This document shows, piece after piece, positions 1 through 10,761 of a stretch of DNA of 64,000 bases; position 1 is the stretch's first letter, and each line of letters starts with the position of its first letter. Below the pieces are notes generated by a model, which saw only the letters and a list, made by a program, of their open reading frames with translations, was not told where the DNA came from and searched no databases. Location: positions 109,629 to 173,628 of the forward strand of contig JBBAMI010000001.1 of the NCBI GenBank assembly GCA_040402595.1, in the 5' to 3' direction. The translations under genes and the position numbers were made by a program. Source of the DNA: Aquiluna sp. (GTDB taxonomy: Bacteria > Actinomycetota > Actinomycetes > Actinomycetales > Microbacteriaceae).

Positions 1-1
1 C

Positions 2-106
2 AGCAAGGAGGAGCTTGACTCGCTGCTAGAGATGGCAATTGCAGCTACTCAAAGTCTTGCAACAATGCAGCGCCAAGCTCTCGGCAGCAACCTGGAGCTG
101 GCTTGA
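2..106 (+). CDS. rph: Ribonuclease PH, C-terminal fragment (gene continues upstream of the window)
   Basis: Frame is open from the window edge to TGA at 104-106. The peptide SKEELDSLLEMAIAATQSLATMQRQAL resembles the C-terminal helix of RNase PH, and rph-rdgB adjacency is conserved. Confidence 0.45.
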   Translation, partial: SKEELDSLLEMAIAATQSLATMQRQALGSNLELA

Positions 107-678
107 AAGAGCTCATTTTTGCCACTGGCAACGCACACAAGGTCCAGGAAGCCGCAAACATAATTGGCCTGAGAGCGCCTGGCATCAGCGTCCAACCATT
201 TTCCGGAGATTCGCCAGCGGAGACAGGAACGACTTTTCTGGAAAATGCACGAATCAAATCTCTAGCCGCATTCCAGGCCACAGGGAAGCCCGCATTCGCT
301 GACGATTCTGGAATTTGTGTTGACGTCATGGGTGGTGCACCTGGGATTTTTTCTGCTATTTGGTCTGGCACCAGATCTGATTCTGAAAATCGTGAACTTC
401 TTCTTGCTCAGCTACATGACATTCCAATTGAGCATCGTCAAGCTAGCTTTGTCTGCACAATTTCTCTCATCGCAGAAGATTTAGATGTTAGCTTCACCGG
501 TGTCTGGCCTGGCCACATTGCATTTGATTCCCGAGGCACGGGAGGGTTTGGATATGATCCAATTTTTGTGCCAGAGGGATTTCAGCTGACTGCCGCAGAG
601 CTTGAACCAGAGCTAAAGAATCTGATTTCGCATCGTGCGATGGCCATGTCGGAACTTGCGATGTTTTTGGCGCAGTAG
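103..678 (+). CDS. rdgB: dITP/XTP pyrophosphatase (Ham1/RdgB family)
   Basis: 191 aa. The TTG start overlaps the rph stop. N-terminus MKELIFATGNAHKVQE and the GFGYDPIF and SHRA motifs are typical of RdgB. Confidence 0.9.
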   Translation: MKELIFATGNAHKVQEAANIIGLRAPGISVQPFSGDSPAETGTTFLENARIKSLAAFQATGKPAFADDSGICVDVMGGAPGIFSAIWSGTRSDSENRELLLAQLHDIPIEHRQASFVCTISLIAEDLDVSFTGVWPGHIAFDSRGTGGFGYDPIFVPEGFQLTAAELEPELKNLISHRAMAMSELAMFLAQ

Positions 679-750
679 CGCCCCCAGCAGGATTCGAACC
701 TGCGCACCCGCCTCCGGAGAGCGGCGCTCTATCCCCTGAGCTATGGGGGC
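679..750 (-). tRNA. tRNA-Arg (anticodon CCG)
   Basis: Hand-folded 72-nt cloverleaf on the minus strand. Acceptor GCCCCCA/TGGGGGC; D arm GCTC-AGGGGATA-GAGC; anticodon stem CCGCT/GGCGG with loop CTCCGGA; T arm GCAGG-TTCGAAT-CCTGC. No CCA is encoded. The 3' end abuts the rdgB stop codon. Confidence 0.9.
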
Positions 751-787
751 CTTTTTGAAGCCTAGCATTGAGCAATGAGGAGTTACC

Positions 788-1747
788 TTGGCACTTCGCT
801 TAGCAGATAGATGGATTTGGGACAGTTGGTATGTCTGGGATGGTGACTACTGCCACGCCTTTTACCTTTGTGCATCGCGAGGTTTAGTAGACCCAAATCG
901 CAGACATCGATACACAAACATTGGTCACGCACGATCAAAAGATTTGAAGAATTGGGAAATATTGCCGGATGCTGTTTCTCCAAGCGATTCACCAGCCTTT
1001 GATTCTTGGACAACTTGGACCGGAAGTGTGGTGAGAGATGACTCTGGCCTTTGGTGGATGTTCTATACGGGTACTTCTCGAGAAGACGGTGGAGACATAC
1101 AGAGAATCGGTTCTGCAACCTCAGTGGATCTAATTACCTGGACAAAGTCCTCCTCGAGCACAGTGATTGAAGCAGATCCAACCTGGTATGAGAAGTTGAC
1201 GGATAAAACTTGGGTTGATGAGGCGTGGCGCGATCCGTGGGTTTACAAGTCGGAACAAGACGATCAATGGCACATGCTAATCACTGCAAGGGCCAAGGGC
1301 GGGACAAATAGGAACCAAGGTGTTCTTGGGCATGCAGTATCCAAAGATCTCATTAACTGGGAAGTGACTGCTCCACTTTCTGAGCCTGATCAGGGATTTG
1401 CACAGCTGGAGGTCTTTCAGCTTGTCACTGTCGACTCCGTGCCGCTACTTGTCTTTTGCTGCGGTTGGAAAGAGCTGGACGAAAAAACCTTGCAGCTAAC
1501 CGGTCAGCAAGACGCAACTTACTCCTTGGTATGCGATGAGAATCTCCAAAACATCGACTTTAGAAATGCAAAGGCATTTGCAGACAGAAGAATTTATGCA
1601 GGTCGTGTGGTGCAGGATCCCCAGGGAAAGTCCTATCTGCTTGGTTTTATCAACATGGTTGATGGCCAATTCGTCGGAGAAATATGCGACCCAATTCCTG
1701 TCACCGCAACCCCCGAAGAAGGCCTGATTATGCGGGAAGCCCTTTAG
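788..1747 (+). CDS. Clan GH-J (GH68/GH32-like) beta-fructofuranosidase/levanase-like five-bladed propeller protein, with no signal peptide
   Basis: 319 aa with a TTG start. Motifs WIWDSWYVWDG (nucleophile-type WDSW), repeated IGHA.SKDL.NWE / LGHAVSKDLINWE blades, and WRDPWV (RDP motif). Confidence 0.65.
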   Translation: MALRLADRWIWDSWYVWDGDYCHAFYLCASRGLVDPNRRHRYTNIGHARSKDLKNWEILPDAVSPSDSPAFDSWTTWTGSVVRDDSGLWWMFYTGTSREDGGDIQRIGSATSVDLITWTKSSSSTVIEADPTWYEKLTDKTWVDEAWRDPWVYKSEQDDQWHMLITARAKGGTNRNQGVLGHAVSKDLINWEVTAPLSEPDQGFAQLEVFQLVTVDSVPLLVFCCGWKELDEKTLQLTGQQDATYSLVCDENLQNIDFRNAKAFADRRIYAGRVVQDPQGKSYLLGFINMVDGQFVGEICDPIPVTATPEEGLIMREAL

Positions 1748-1818
1748 CTTTCAGTGGCTGCGCGGGTAATATAAGGAGTTGCTCACCCCATCTTTTGCTT
1801 ACCTTCTAAGGAAATCCC

Positions 1819-3474
1819 GTGACTCCAGAGCAACTTAGTCTTGCAATAGGCAGGGCATTGGCGGAGCTGGTCACGGCCGGAGAGATTCCTGCAGACGCTA
1901 TTCCCAAGGAGATAGTTGTCGAAAGGCCGAAGAATCGCGAGCACGGGGACTGGGCTACAAATGTAGCCATGCAGATTGCCCCTAAGGCTTCCCTGCCTCC
2001 CAGGGAATTAGCCCAACTGCTTTTGCCAATGCTTCAGAAGCTTGATGGAGTTACATCCGCCGAGATCGCAGGTCCAGGTTTCATAAACCTTTTCGTCTCT
2101 TCTGCTGCGGCAGGAAGTCTTGCTAGACAGATTGTTGAGGCGGGGAGCCAGTATGGAAAGTCATCCTCAATGGCGGGAGAGAAGCTGAACCTTGAATTTG
2201 TTTCGGCTAACCCAACTGGCCCTGTTCACCTTGGGGGAACGCGATGGGCAGCAGTTGGAGACTCTCTGGCAAGAATTTTTGAATCTCAAGGCGCGAGTGT
2301 CACTCGCGAGTATTACTTCAACGACCACGGTGCGCAAATTGATCGCTTTGCCAAATCCCTAGTTGCTGCAGCCAAAGGGGAGCCAACCCCAGAGGATGGA
2401 TATGCAGGCAGCTACATTTCTGAGATTGCCTCGGCAATCGTTTCAAAAAATCCCCACCTGGTTCAGCTAGAAGGCGAAGAGCAACAAGAGGAATTTCGTA
2501 AACACGGCGTTGAGATGATGTTTGAACAGATCAAAGAGTCTTTGCATAACTTCGGTGTTGACTTTGATGTTTACTTCCACGAGAACTCGCTTTATGAATC
2601 AGGTTCGGTGAACAAAGCCGTAGAACGACTAAAGGCGCAGGGCCACATGTTCGAGCAAGACGGAGCACTCTGGTTTAGGTCTTCCGCCTTGGGTGACGAA
2701 AAAGATCGTGTGGTTATCAAGTCTGACGGAGAAGCTTCTTATATAGCCGGCGACATTGCCTACTACCTCGATAAGCGCGAGCGAGGTTTCAATCGAGCCA
2801 TCTACATGCTTGGTGCTGACCATCACGGATACATTGGGCGCATGCACGCAGTCAGTTCCGCATTTGGAGATACCCCAGGCGTGAACATGGAGATTTTGAT
2901 TGGGCAAATGGTCAGTTTGGTAAAGGGCGGTCAGCCAGTCCGAATGTCAAAGAGAGCGGGCAACGTCGTGACCATGGAGGACCTGGTTGAAACTGTCGGC
3001 GTTGATGCCGCTCGATATGCCCTTGTCAGATCATCAATCAATTCAACCCTTGACATTGATCTCGAACTGCTAGGCAAGAGAACTAATGACAACCCTGTGT
3101 TCTATGTGCAGTATGCGCACGCCCGCACAAAGCAGGTTGATAGGAATGCTGAATCATTAGAAGTCAACAGAGATGAATTTGACCCGGCTCTACTAGATAG
3201 CGAAGCTGAGGGTGAGTTACTTTCAAAATTGTCTGAGTTCCCAAGAATCTTGGCTCAATCGGCTGAGTTTAGGGAGCCTCACAGAGTGGCCCGTTACCTC
3301 GAGGAGGTTGCAGGCAGCTACCACCGTTTTTATGACAACTGCCGAATCCTCCCTTTGCCCGCCAAGCCAATTGAGACAATTCATAGGACTCGCCTGTGGC
3401 TCAATGACGCAGCGGGAGTGGTGCTGTCTAATGGTCTGGCACTGCTGGGCGTTAGCGCACCGGAGAGGATGTAG
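1819..3474 (+). CDS. argS: Arginine--tRNA ligase
   Basis: 551 aa. Class I signatures [11 protein letters not shown] (HIGH-like) and MSKRAGN (KMSK-like), plus a DALR-type C-terminus. Confidence 0.95.
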   Translation: MTPEQLSLAIGRALAELVTAGEIPADAIPKEIVVERPKNREHGDWATNVAMQIAPKASLPPRELAQLLLPMLQKLDGVTSAEIAGPGFINLFVSSAAAGSLARQIVEAGSQYGKSSSMAGEKLNLEFVSANPTGPVHLGGTRWAAVGDSLARIFESQGASVTREYYFNDHGAQIDRFAKSLVAAAKGEPTPEDGYAGSYISEIASAIVSKNPHLVQLEGEEQQEEFRKHGVEMMFEQIKESLHNFGVDFDVYFHENSLYESGSVNKAVERLKAQGHMFEQDGALWFRSSALGDEKDRVVIKSDGEASYIAGDIAYYLDKRERGFNRAIYMLGADHHGYIGRMHAVSSAFGDTPGVNMEILIGQMVSLVKGGQPVRMSKRAGNVVTMEDLVETVGVDAARYALVRSSINSTLDIDLELLGKRTNDNPVFYVQYAHARTKQVDRNAESLEVNRDEFDPALLDSEAEGELLSKLSEFPRILAQSAEFREPHRVARYLEEVAGSYHRFYDNCRILPLPAKPIETIHRTRLWLNDAAGVVLSNGLALLGVSAPERM

Positions 3475-3476
3475 CT

Positions 3477-4865
3477 GTGTCTAATCCTCTAATTCCCGAT
3501 TGGCTAACTGATGCCCAAAGCATTGATAAAAGAATTTGGCCCGCGTCCGCAAGACGAAACAATTACGGTGAACTGGAAATTGCTGGGCTTGCCTGCACAG
3601 ACCTTGTTCGTCAATTTGGCTCACCTCTATATGTAATCGACCAAGGCGATTTCGAAGCGAGACTAAAGCAGGTAAGGCAAGCCTTTGAGTCTGAAGCTAG
3701 CAAAATTGGCACATCAGTAAAGCTCTACTACGCCTCGAAGGCTCTTCTGACCTCGGAGGTGGCGCGCTGGGCAGCTTCAGCCGGCTACTCGATTGATGTT
3801 TCAACGGGTGGGGAGTTGGCAGTAGTTCTGTCATCGGGCGTTACTGGAAATCAGATTGGTTTGCACGGTAACAACAAGTCTCTAATTGAAATCGGAAGAG
3901 CTGTAACTAACGACGTGTCTGTCATAGTTATCGATTCAGAATTAGAAATCGAGAGGATTGCTGCAGCCGCTGGCGCTCAGGACAAGGTTCAAGCTGTTCG
4001 CCTCAGGGTAAATACCGGAGTCCACGCTCACACGCATGAGTACTTAGCAACTGCCAGAGAGGATCAGAAGTTCGGAGTTGCACTGCAGGACGCTCCGTCA
4101 TTAGTGGCAAAGATTCGGTCACACTCGCACCTTCGATTCCTCGGTTTGCATTCCCACATCGGATCACAGATTTTTTCAGCTGAAGGGTTTGTTGCTTCAG
4201 CAAATCTACTTCTTGATTTGCATTCTCAGCTTCTGAAATCCGGAGAGGTTCCTGAGCTGAATCTTGGTGGAGGCTTTGGAATCTTCTACACGCCCGCTGA
4301 CACTCCTCTCGCTATTGAGCAGTTTGCGGCGGAGATTATGGGCTCTGTCAAGAACAAGTGTGAAGCTTTAGGAATACCTATACCGAAACTAGCTTTTGAA
4401 CCTGGAAGAGTTATCGCAGGTCCTGCTGGAGTTACTCTCTACACTGTCGGGACTACCAAGGATGTAGTTCTTACAGACCAGGGCGCTGAAGCAAAAAGAC
4501 TTTATGTGAGCGTTGATGGCGGGATGAGCGACAACCTTCGCTCAGCGCTCTATGGCGCGGAGTACTCAGCCTTGCTTAGTTCTCGGATTTCTGAGGGGGA
4601 GTCAGTCTTGGCACGGGTTGTCGGCAAGCATTGTGAATCAGGGGACATCGTGGTTCGTCATGCTCTTTTGCCAGAAGATACTGCTGTAAATGACATCCTG
4701 GCCGTCGCCGCAACAGGTGCCTACTGCTATTCGCTATCTTCTAACTACAACTACGTAACTAAACCCGCCATGGTTGCGGTAAAGAATGGGGAAGCTCATT
4801 TGCTGATTCGCGGTGAAAGTGAATCTGATCTTTTGGCTAAAGACGCAGGAATCGGAGGTCGGTAA
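3477..4865 (+). CDS. lysA: Diaminopimelate decarboxylase
   Basis: 462 aa. Motifs YASKAL (PLP lysine), HSHIGSQ, GGGFGI and CESGD. The GTG start lies 2 nt after the argS stop. Confidence 0.95.
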   Translation: MSNPLIPDWLTDAQSIDKRIWPASARRNNYGELEIAGLACTDLVRQFGSPLYVIDQGDFEARLKQVRQAFESEASKIGTSVKLYYASKALLTSEVARWAASAGYSIDVSTGGELAVVLSSGVTGNQIGLHGNNKSLIEIGRAVTNDVSVIVIDSELEIERIAAAAGAQDKVQAVRLRVNTGVHAHTHEYLATAREDQKFGVALQDAPSLVAKIRSHSHLRFLGLHSHIGSQIFSAEGFVASANLLLDLHSQLLKSGEVPELNLGGGFGIFYTPADTPLAIEQFAAEIMGSVKNKCEALGIPIPKLAFEPGRVIAGPAGVTLYTVGTTKDVVLTDQGAEAKRLYVSVDGGMSDNLRSALYGAEYSALLSSRISEGESVLARVVGKHCESGDIVVRHALLPEDTAVNDILAVAATGAYCYSLSSNYNYVTKPAMVAVKNGEAHLLIRGESESDLLAKDAGIGGR

Positions 4866-6160
4866 TGCAATCGGAATATCGTCCTATCCGCGTCGCGCTT
4901 CTCGGCTCTGGTTCGGTGGGCTCTGAGGTCGCCCGACTACTCGTTGAAAATCGAGAAGAGCTAGCTCAGAGAGTTGGTGCAGAACTTCAACTTGTTGGGA
5001 TTGCAATTCGCGACCTAAAAGCAAAGCGGGATTCAAGGATTCCAAAAGAACTCTTCACAGAAGATGCCGAATCCCTGCTGACTGGTGCGGACATTGTGAT
5101 TGAGCTCATGGGTGGAATCGAGCCAGCAAATGACTGGATTAGAAAGGCACTCAATTCAGGTGCAGATGTTGTAACTGCAAACAAAGCTCTGATTGCTTCA
5201 AAAGGCCCCGAACTGATTGAGTTGGCGCAGCAGCTGGGGGCCCAGCTTTACTACGAGGCAGCCGTAGGTGGAGCAATTCCAATCATCAGGCCTCTACGCG
5301 AATCGCTTGCGGGAGACAAAATCAATCGCGTCATGGGAATCGTAAACGGAACAACCAACTACATCCTCGATCAGATGGAATCCCATGGTCTTGACTTCGA
5401 TACCGCACTGCGTCAGGCACAGGCTCTCGGATATGCAGAAGCGGATCCAACTGCAGATATTGAGGGATTTGATGCTGCGAGCAAGGCTGCGATCCTCGCA
5501 TCTTTGGCTTTCCACAGCGAAGTGCCAGTTGAGTTGGTGCATCGGGAAGGAATTTCCTCCGTTACTCCTGCTCAAATCAACACTGCCAAAGACGCCGGTT
5601 ACAGCCTGAAGCTTTTAGCAATCAGCGAGCGGGTCGATGATGGATTGGTCGTTAGGGTTCATCCGACACTTATCCCACGCAACCACCCACTGGCTGCCGT
5701 CCGCGGCGCTTACAACGCAGTTTTCGTTGAAGCGGAGAGCGCAGGGCGATTGATGTTTTACGGTGCTGGAGCTGGTGGCGTTCAGACAGCTTCTGCCGTG
5801 CTGGGCGATCTGGTTTCCGCTGCTAAGCGACATCTCGCCGGTGGACCTGGATTACCACTTTCAACGCATGCCAACTTGAAGGTTTTGCCAGTGCAGGCCA
5901 CAAAGACGCGCTTCCAGATCACTCTGAGAGTCAGTGACCAGCCAGGCGTGCTCGCGTCTATTGCCGGAGAGTTTGCCGCACAGGGGATAAGCGTTGAGAC
6001 GGTGGCTCAGTCAGTCTCCTCGAATAGTGATTCAGCGGCTCTTCTGACGATCATGACTCACATCGCATCTGAGGGCGACTTAGAGAAAGTGGTCGAGTCT
6101 TTGAAGAACAACAAAGCAGTGGTTGCCGTTGAATCCGTGGTAAGGGTCGAGGGAATCTAA
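4865..6160 (+). CDS. hom: Homoserine dehydrogenase
   Basis: 431 aa. N-terminal GSGSVG NAD-binding fold, central NGTTNYILD motif and a C-terminal ACT-like domain. TAATG overlap with lysA. Confidence 0.95.
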   Translation: MQSEYRPIRVALLGSGSVGSEVARLLVENREELAQRVGAELQLVGIAIRDLKAKRDSRIPKELFTEDAESLLTGADIVIELMGGIEPANDWIRKALNSGADVVTANKALIASKGPELIELAQQLGAQLYYEAAVGGAIPIIRPLRESLAGDKINRVMGIVNGTTNYILDQMESHGLDFDTALRQAQALGYAEADPTADIEGFDAASKAAILASLAFHSEVPVELVHREGISSVTPAQINTAKDAGYSLKLLAISERVDDGLVVRVHPTLIPRNHPLAAVRGAYNAVFVEAESAGRLMFYGAGAGGVQTASAVLGDLVSAAKRHLAGGPGLPLSTHANLKVLPVQATKTRFQITLRVSDQPGVLASIAGEFAAQGISVETVAQSVSSNSDSAALLTIMTHIASEGDLEKVVESLKNNKAVVAVESVVRVEGI

Positions 6161-7239
6161 TGGCGCATCAGTGGCGGGGTGTGATTAGAGAATATTTTGA
6201 TCGACTTCCGTTTTCCGATTCCGACCCGATAGTGACTCTAGGCGAGGGCGGTACCCCGCTCATTGAAGCACCAGCGCTAGCGAAGCTCCTAGATGTTGGT
6301 CGCGTCCATCTGAAGTTCGAAGGAATGAATCCAACAGGTTCATTCAAGGATCGTGGGATGACGACGGCGGTTTCAAAGGCCAAAGGCCGAGGCGCAAAAG
6401 CGGTCATTGCAGCATCCACCGGTAATACTTCTGCTTCGGCAGCTGCGTATGCAGTAAAAGCCGAAATGCAGTCGGTTGTTCTGGTGCCAGCAGGGAAGAT
6501 TTCCTGGGGGAAACTTTCACAGGCTGTCGCACACAAAGCTCAAATCTTGCAAGTCAGGGGAAACTTCGATGACTGCCTTCGAATTGCGCGCGAGCTAAGT
6601 CAGAGTTATCCGGTTTTTCTGGTCAACTCTGTAAACCCGGATCGGCTTCAGGGTCAAAAGACTGCCGCATTTGAAGTTGTTGATGTTCTCGGGGTAGAGC
6701 CGGACATTCACGCCATGCCACTTGGCAATGCTGGAAACATCTCGGCCTATCACCTTGGTTACAAAGAAGATTTAGCAGCTGGGAGGATCAAGAAGCTTCC
6801 GAGGCTCTTTGGAATTCAGGCCGAGGGAAGCGCTCCTTTCATAAAGGGATCCCCAGTTGCAAAACCTGACACCATTGCCACGGCAATCAGAATCGGTAAT
6901 CCAGCTTCTTGGGACTTGGCCCAGGCTGCAAAGGCTGAAACGCAAGGTCAGTTTGGTGCAGTGAGCGACAACGAAATTCTTTGGATGCACAGATTCCTTT
7001 CGCAAGAGACAGGTGTCTTCGTCGAACCCTCCAGCGCTACCGGAGCTGCTGGCCTATTCAAACTCTCAAAGCAAGGTGAGCTCAAGGGCGTGAATGAGAT
7101 TGTGATTACGGTGACTGGTCATGGACTAAAGGATCCCGACTGGGCTCTCAAAGATGATCGCGGAAGAAAAATCAAACCGCGAAAAGTTTCAGCTCAGGTT
7201 GAATCAGTTGCAGATGTTTTGGGCTTGGAGAAAAATTAA
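6160..7239 (+). CDS. thrC: Threonine synthase
   Basis: 359 aa. PLP motif NPTGSFKDRG. TAATG overlap with hom. Confidence 0.95.
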   Translation: MAHQWRGVIREYFDRLPFSDSDPIVTLGEGGTPLIEAPALAKLLDVGRVHLKFEGMNPTGSFKDRGMTTAVSKAKGRGAKAVIAASTGNTSASAAAYAVKAEMQSVVLVPAGKISWGKLSQAVAHKAQILQVRGNFDDCLRIARELSQSYPVFLVNSVNPDRLQGQKTAAFEVVDVLGVEPDIHAMPLGNAGNISAYHLGYKEDLAAGRIKKLPRLFGIQAEGSAPFIKGSPVAKPDTIATAIRIGNPASWDLAQAAKAETQGQFGAVSDNEILWMHRFLSQETGVFVEPSSATGAAGLFKLSKQGELKGVNEIVITVTGHGLKDPDWALKDDRGRKIKPRKVSAQVESVADVLGLEKN

Positions 7240-8144
7240 TGAAGCTAAAGGTTACGGTTCCCGCCACCAGCGCCAATCTGGGTCCAGGTTTTGACTCTTT
7301 GGGTATGGCTCTAGCTCACTACGACAGCTATGAGCTCGAAGTTATTGCATCAGGTTTGGAAATCCAGATTTCAGGTGAAGGCGCAAACTCTGCTGCCAAG
7401 GACGAAAGCAATTTGATTTATCGCTCCATGAAGTTGGTCTTCGATTCAGTGGGTCAAAAGCTGCCTGGTATCCGACTTACCTGCCACAATTCAATTCCTC
7501 ACGGCAGAGGAATGGGATCTTCAGGCGCAGCCGTTGCCGGAGGCGTGATGCTGGCAGCGGGTCTATTGAAGAATGAGTTTTCGGAGAAGCAGCTGCTTGA
7601 GTTTGCAACCAAGATGGAAGGTCACCCCGATAATGTCGCCCCTGCACTGTTTGGTGGTCTAACAATCGCCTGGGTGGACGAGCAAGGTCCGCACCACAAA
7701 AAGCTCACCGTCCACAGAGGAATTTCCCCGCTGGTTTTAGTAGCGCCGAATGAAATGTCGACCAAACTGGCGAGAAGCCTTCAACCTGAAACCGTTCCTC
7801 ACACCGATGCGGTATTTAACGTCTCTAGATCCGCGCTTTTGGTAGCTGCCCTAACCCAGAGTCCGGAGCTGATGATGGCGGCAACCGAGGACAGGCTTCA
7901 TCAGAACTACCGCGCTAGCGCGATGCCTGAAACCAGCAAGCTGATAGCGGCCCTTCGAGAAAAGGGTCATGCCGCGGTGGTTTCTGGGGCTGGGCCCAGC
8001 GTATTGGTCTTGGAAGATGACCCTCAAAAGAGGCTTGCTGCCACTGAATTCGTCAAGAAAGGTTTCCCCACGTGGATTCCCCTTGCTCTTGCAGTTGACT
8101 TCAAAGGTGCTAGTCTTGAGGGGCAGTCTGGATCAGGCAACTAA
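7239..8144 (+). CDS. thrB: Homoserine kinase
   Basis: 301 aa. GHMP-kinase motif PHGRGMGSSGAA. TAATG overlap with thrC. Confidence 0.95.
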   Translation: MKLKVTVPATSANLGPGFDSLGMALAHYDSYELEVIASGLEIQISGEGANSAAKDESNLIYRSMKLVFDSVGQKLPGIRLTCHNSIPHGRGMGSSGAAVAGGVMLAAGLLKNEFSEKQLLEFATKMEGHPDNVAPALFGGLTIAWVDEQGPHHKKLTVHRGISPLVLVAPNEMSTKLARSLQPETVPHTDAVFNVSRSALLVAALTQSPELMMAATEDRLHQNYRASAMPETSKLIAALREKGHAAVVSGAGPSVLVLEDDPQKRLAATEFVKKGFPTWIPLALAVDFKGASLEGQSGSGN

Positions 8145-8215
8145 ACAGCCCCTCTGCATCTCCAATCAAATTCTGCAAACGCGGCTTCGCCGTGAAGAAA
8201 TGAGAAATACACACA

Positions 8216-9682
8216 ATGGTTGACAACCAAGACGAGAAGCCAGCAAAGCGCACCCGTCGAGTTAGCTCGAGCGCCGCTTCCAAAAAAGAAAAGCCAGAAA
8301 CTAAAGATTCGACCCCTAAGTCTGAAGCTCAGGAGAGCAAGCAGTCTGAGAGCCGACCAGCTGAGTCTGAGTCCAGGCAGGATTCGCGCGAGGACCGAGA
8401 GACTCGTTCCAATGACCGTGAGCACTCGAGGGATAGGGATGACGACCGTCGCAATCGCAACCGCAGAGGACGCTTCCGCGATCGGGACAGAAGACGCAAT
8501 CAAGAAGAGTCCGAGCCAGAGATCCTCGAAGACGATGTACTTATCCCCGTAGCCGGAATCCTGGACGTCTTGGACAACTACGCGTTCCTCAGAACTTCTG
8601 GTTATCTGCCAGGACCCAACGATGTCTATGTTTCCTTGGGACAGGTAAAGAAATATGGCTTGCGCAAGGGCGACGCAATTATCGGATCCATTCGCCAGCC
8701 ACGGGATGGCGAAAACCAACGACAGAAGTTCAATGCTCTTGTGAGGGTTGAAACCGTCAACGGTCAGACCCTCGAAGAGGCTCAGTCCAGAGTTGAGTTT
8801 TCAAAACTCACACCCCTATACCCAGACACCAGGCTTCGCCTCGAGACTGATCCCAAGAAGTTGACGACCAGAATTATTGATCTGGTCTCACCTATTGGTA
8901 AGGGCCAGAGAGGTTTGATTGTCTCTCCTCCAAAGGCGGGAAAGACTCTGGTGCTTCAGGCCATCGCAAACGCAATCTCAGCCAATAACCCAGAGGTCCA
9001 CCTAATGGTTGTCCTGGTGGATGAGCGCCCTGAAGAAGTTACTGACATGCAGCGCACTGTGAAGGGAGAGGTCATTGCCTCGACCTTCGATCGACCTGCA
9101 GACGATCACACCACCGTTGCGGAACTCGCAATTGAGCGTGCCAAGCGTCTTGTGGAACTGGGACACGATGTAGTCGTGCTACTCGATTCAATTACACGCT
9201 TGGGTCGTGCCTACAACCTTTCAGCACCTGCGAGCGGAAGAATCCTTTCGGGTGGTGTTGACTCATCTGCCCTCTACCCACCAAAGAAGTTCTTTGGAGC
9301 AGCGAGAAACATTGAAAATGGTGGTTCACTAACCATCATTGCCACCGCATTGGTAGAGACCGGCTCCAAGATGGACGAGGTTATCTTCGAAGAATTCAAG
9401 GGAACTGGAAACATGGAGCTCAGGCTCTCTCGTCAGCTCTCTGATAAGCGAATCTTCCCAGCGGTAGACATTAATGCTTCTGGAACCAGACGCGAAGAGA
9501 TGCTGATGAGCCCGCAGGAGACCAAGATTATTTGGAAGCTCCGCCGTGCACTTGCAGGTCTTGAACAGCAGCAGGCGCTAGAGCTGGTACTGAACAGGCT
9601 GAAGGAAACGGCGAGCAATGTCGAATTCCTTCTCATGCTTGAGAAGTCGATGCCCGTTCCAACCGACACTGACTCGGAGTAG
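8216..9682 (+). CDS. rho: Transcription termination factor Rho (N-terminally remodelled)
   Basis: 488 aa. OB-fold motif [20 protein letters not shown], Walker A PPKAGKT, then LVDERPEEV. The N-terminal ~105 aa is an R/D/E/S-rich low-complexity stretch. Confidence 0.95.
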   Translation: MVDNQDEKPAKRTRRVSSSAASKKEKPETKDSTPKSEAQESKQSESRPAESESRQDSREDRETRSNDREHSRDRDDDRRNRNRRGRFRDRDRRRNQEESEPEILEDDVLIPVAGILDVLDNYAFLRTSGYLPGPNDVYVSLGQVKKYGLRKGDAIIGSIRQPRDGENQRQKFNALVRVETVNGQTLEEAQSRVEFSKLTPLYPDTRLRLETDPKKLTTRIIDLVSPIGKGQRGLIVSPPKAGKTLVLQAIANAISANNPEVHLMVVLVDERPEEVTDMQRTVKGEVIASTFDRPADDHTTVAELAIERAKRLVELGHDVVVLLDSITRLGRAYNLSAPASGRILSGGVDSSALYPPKKFFGAARNIENGGSLTIIATALVETGSKMDEVIFEEFKGTGNMELRLSRQLSDKRIFPAVDINASGTRREEMLMSPQETKIIWKLRRALAGLEQQQALELVLNRLKETASNVEFLLMLEKSMPVPTDTDSE

Positions 9683-9684
9683 CT

Positions 9685-10761
9685 TTGCTTGATTCGCTTG
9701 CAGGACTTAGATCCGAGCACGCGAGTTTGCAACAGCAACTCAGCGACTCGGCGGTTCACTCAAACCCGGCGCTCGCTAAGAAGCTAAATCGTCGTTACGC
9801 AGAGCTTTCGGCTATTTTGCAAGCGGACGAAGACGTAAAGCGTCTAGAGGAAGATTTTGCGGCGGCCAAGGAACTGGCTGCTGAGGACTCAGCATTCGCT
9901 GCCGAGCTGCCGGTTTTGGAAGAGCAGATTCCTGTTGCAAAAGAAAAACTTCGAAGACTGCTAATTCCAAGAGACCCAGACGACGGTAGAGACGTCATCA
10001 TGGAAATCAAGGCTGGTGAAGGCGGAGCAGAGAGCGCTTTGTTCGCCGCAGATCTGCTCAGGATGTACATGTATTACGCCCAGGGCAAGGGTTGGAAAGC
10101 AGAGGTGCTGGACAAGACCGAAAGCGACCTTGGGGGCATTAAGGACTGTCAGGTTGCGATCAAATCGAACTCTTCTGACCCATCGCAGGGAGTCTGGGCA
10201 CACCTGAAATACGAAGGTGGTGTGCACAGAGTTCAAAGAGTTCCGGTCACCGAAGCTCAAGGACGCATTCACACATCCGCCGCAGGAGTTCTAGTTTTTC
10301 CAGAGGTTGATGAGCCTGAAGAAGTTGAGATATCCCCAAATGACATCAGGGTAGACGTATTTCGTTCATCAGGGCCTGGCGGCCAGTCGGTTAACACAAC
10401 CGACTCTGCAGTTCGAATCACTCACCTTCCAACAGGGATTGTTGTTTCTATGCAGAATGAAAAATCACAGCTGCAAAATCGTGAAGCAGCAATGCGTGTC
10501 CTGCGTGCTCGAATTTTAGCTGCGCAGCAGGAGGCAATTGACGCCGAGCAATCTGCTCAGCGCAAGAGCCAGGTCAGGACGGTTGACCGCTCAGAGAGAA
10601 TTCGAACCTACAACTTCCCAGAGAATCGAATTGCAGATCACCGCACCGGCTACAAGGCATACAACCTGGACCAGGTTATGGAAGGTGCACTCGAGCCAAT
10701 CGTTCAATCTGCAATCACAATGGATGAGGAAGCCAGGCTGGCCGCAATCCAAGGCTCCTGA
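9685..10761 (+). CDS. prfA: Peptide chain release factor 1
   Basis: 358 aa. Motifs [23 protein letters not shown] (GGQ) and PVT. The TTG start lies 2 nt after the rho stop. Confidence 0.95.
   Translation: MLDSLAGLRSEHASLQQQLSDSAVHSNPALAKKLNRRYAELSAILQADEDVKRLEEDFAAAKELAAEDSAFAAELPVLEEQIPVAKEKLRRLLIPRDPDDGRDVIMEIKAGEGGAESALFAADLLRMYMYYAQGKGWKAEVLDKTESDLGGIKDCQVAIKSNSSDPSQGVWAHLKYEGGVHRVQRVPVTEAQGRIHTSAAGVLVFPEVDEPEEVEISPNDIRVDVFRSSGPGGQSVNTTDSAVRITHLPTGIVVSMQNEKSQLQNREAAMRVLRARILAAQQEAIDAEQSAQRKSQVRTVDRSERIRTYNFPENRIADHRTGYKAYNLDQVMEGALEPIVQSAITMDEEARLAAIQGS

Noticed and set aside
8141-8719. 192-aa minus-strand ORF opposite the start of rho
   Set aside because: It is fully antisense to the repetitive GA-rich codons of the Rho disordered region, which lack stops on the opposite strand. 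The peptide is low-complexity, there is no ribosome-binding site, and the rho frame is unambiguous.
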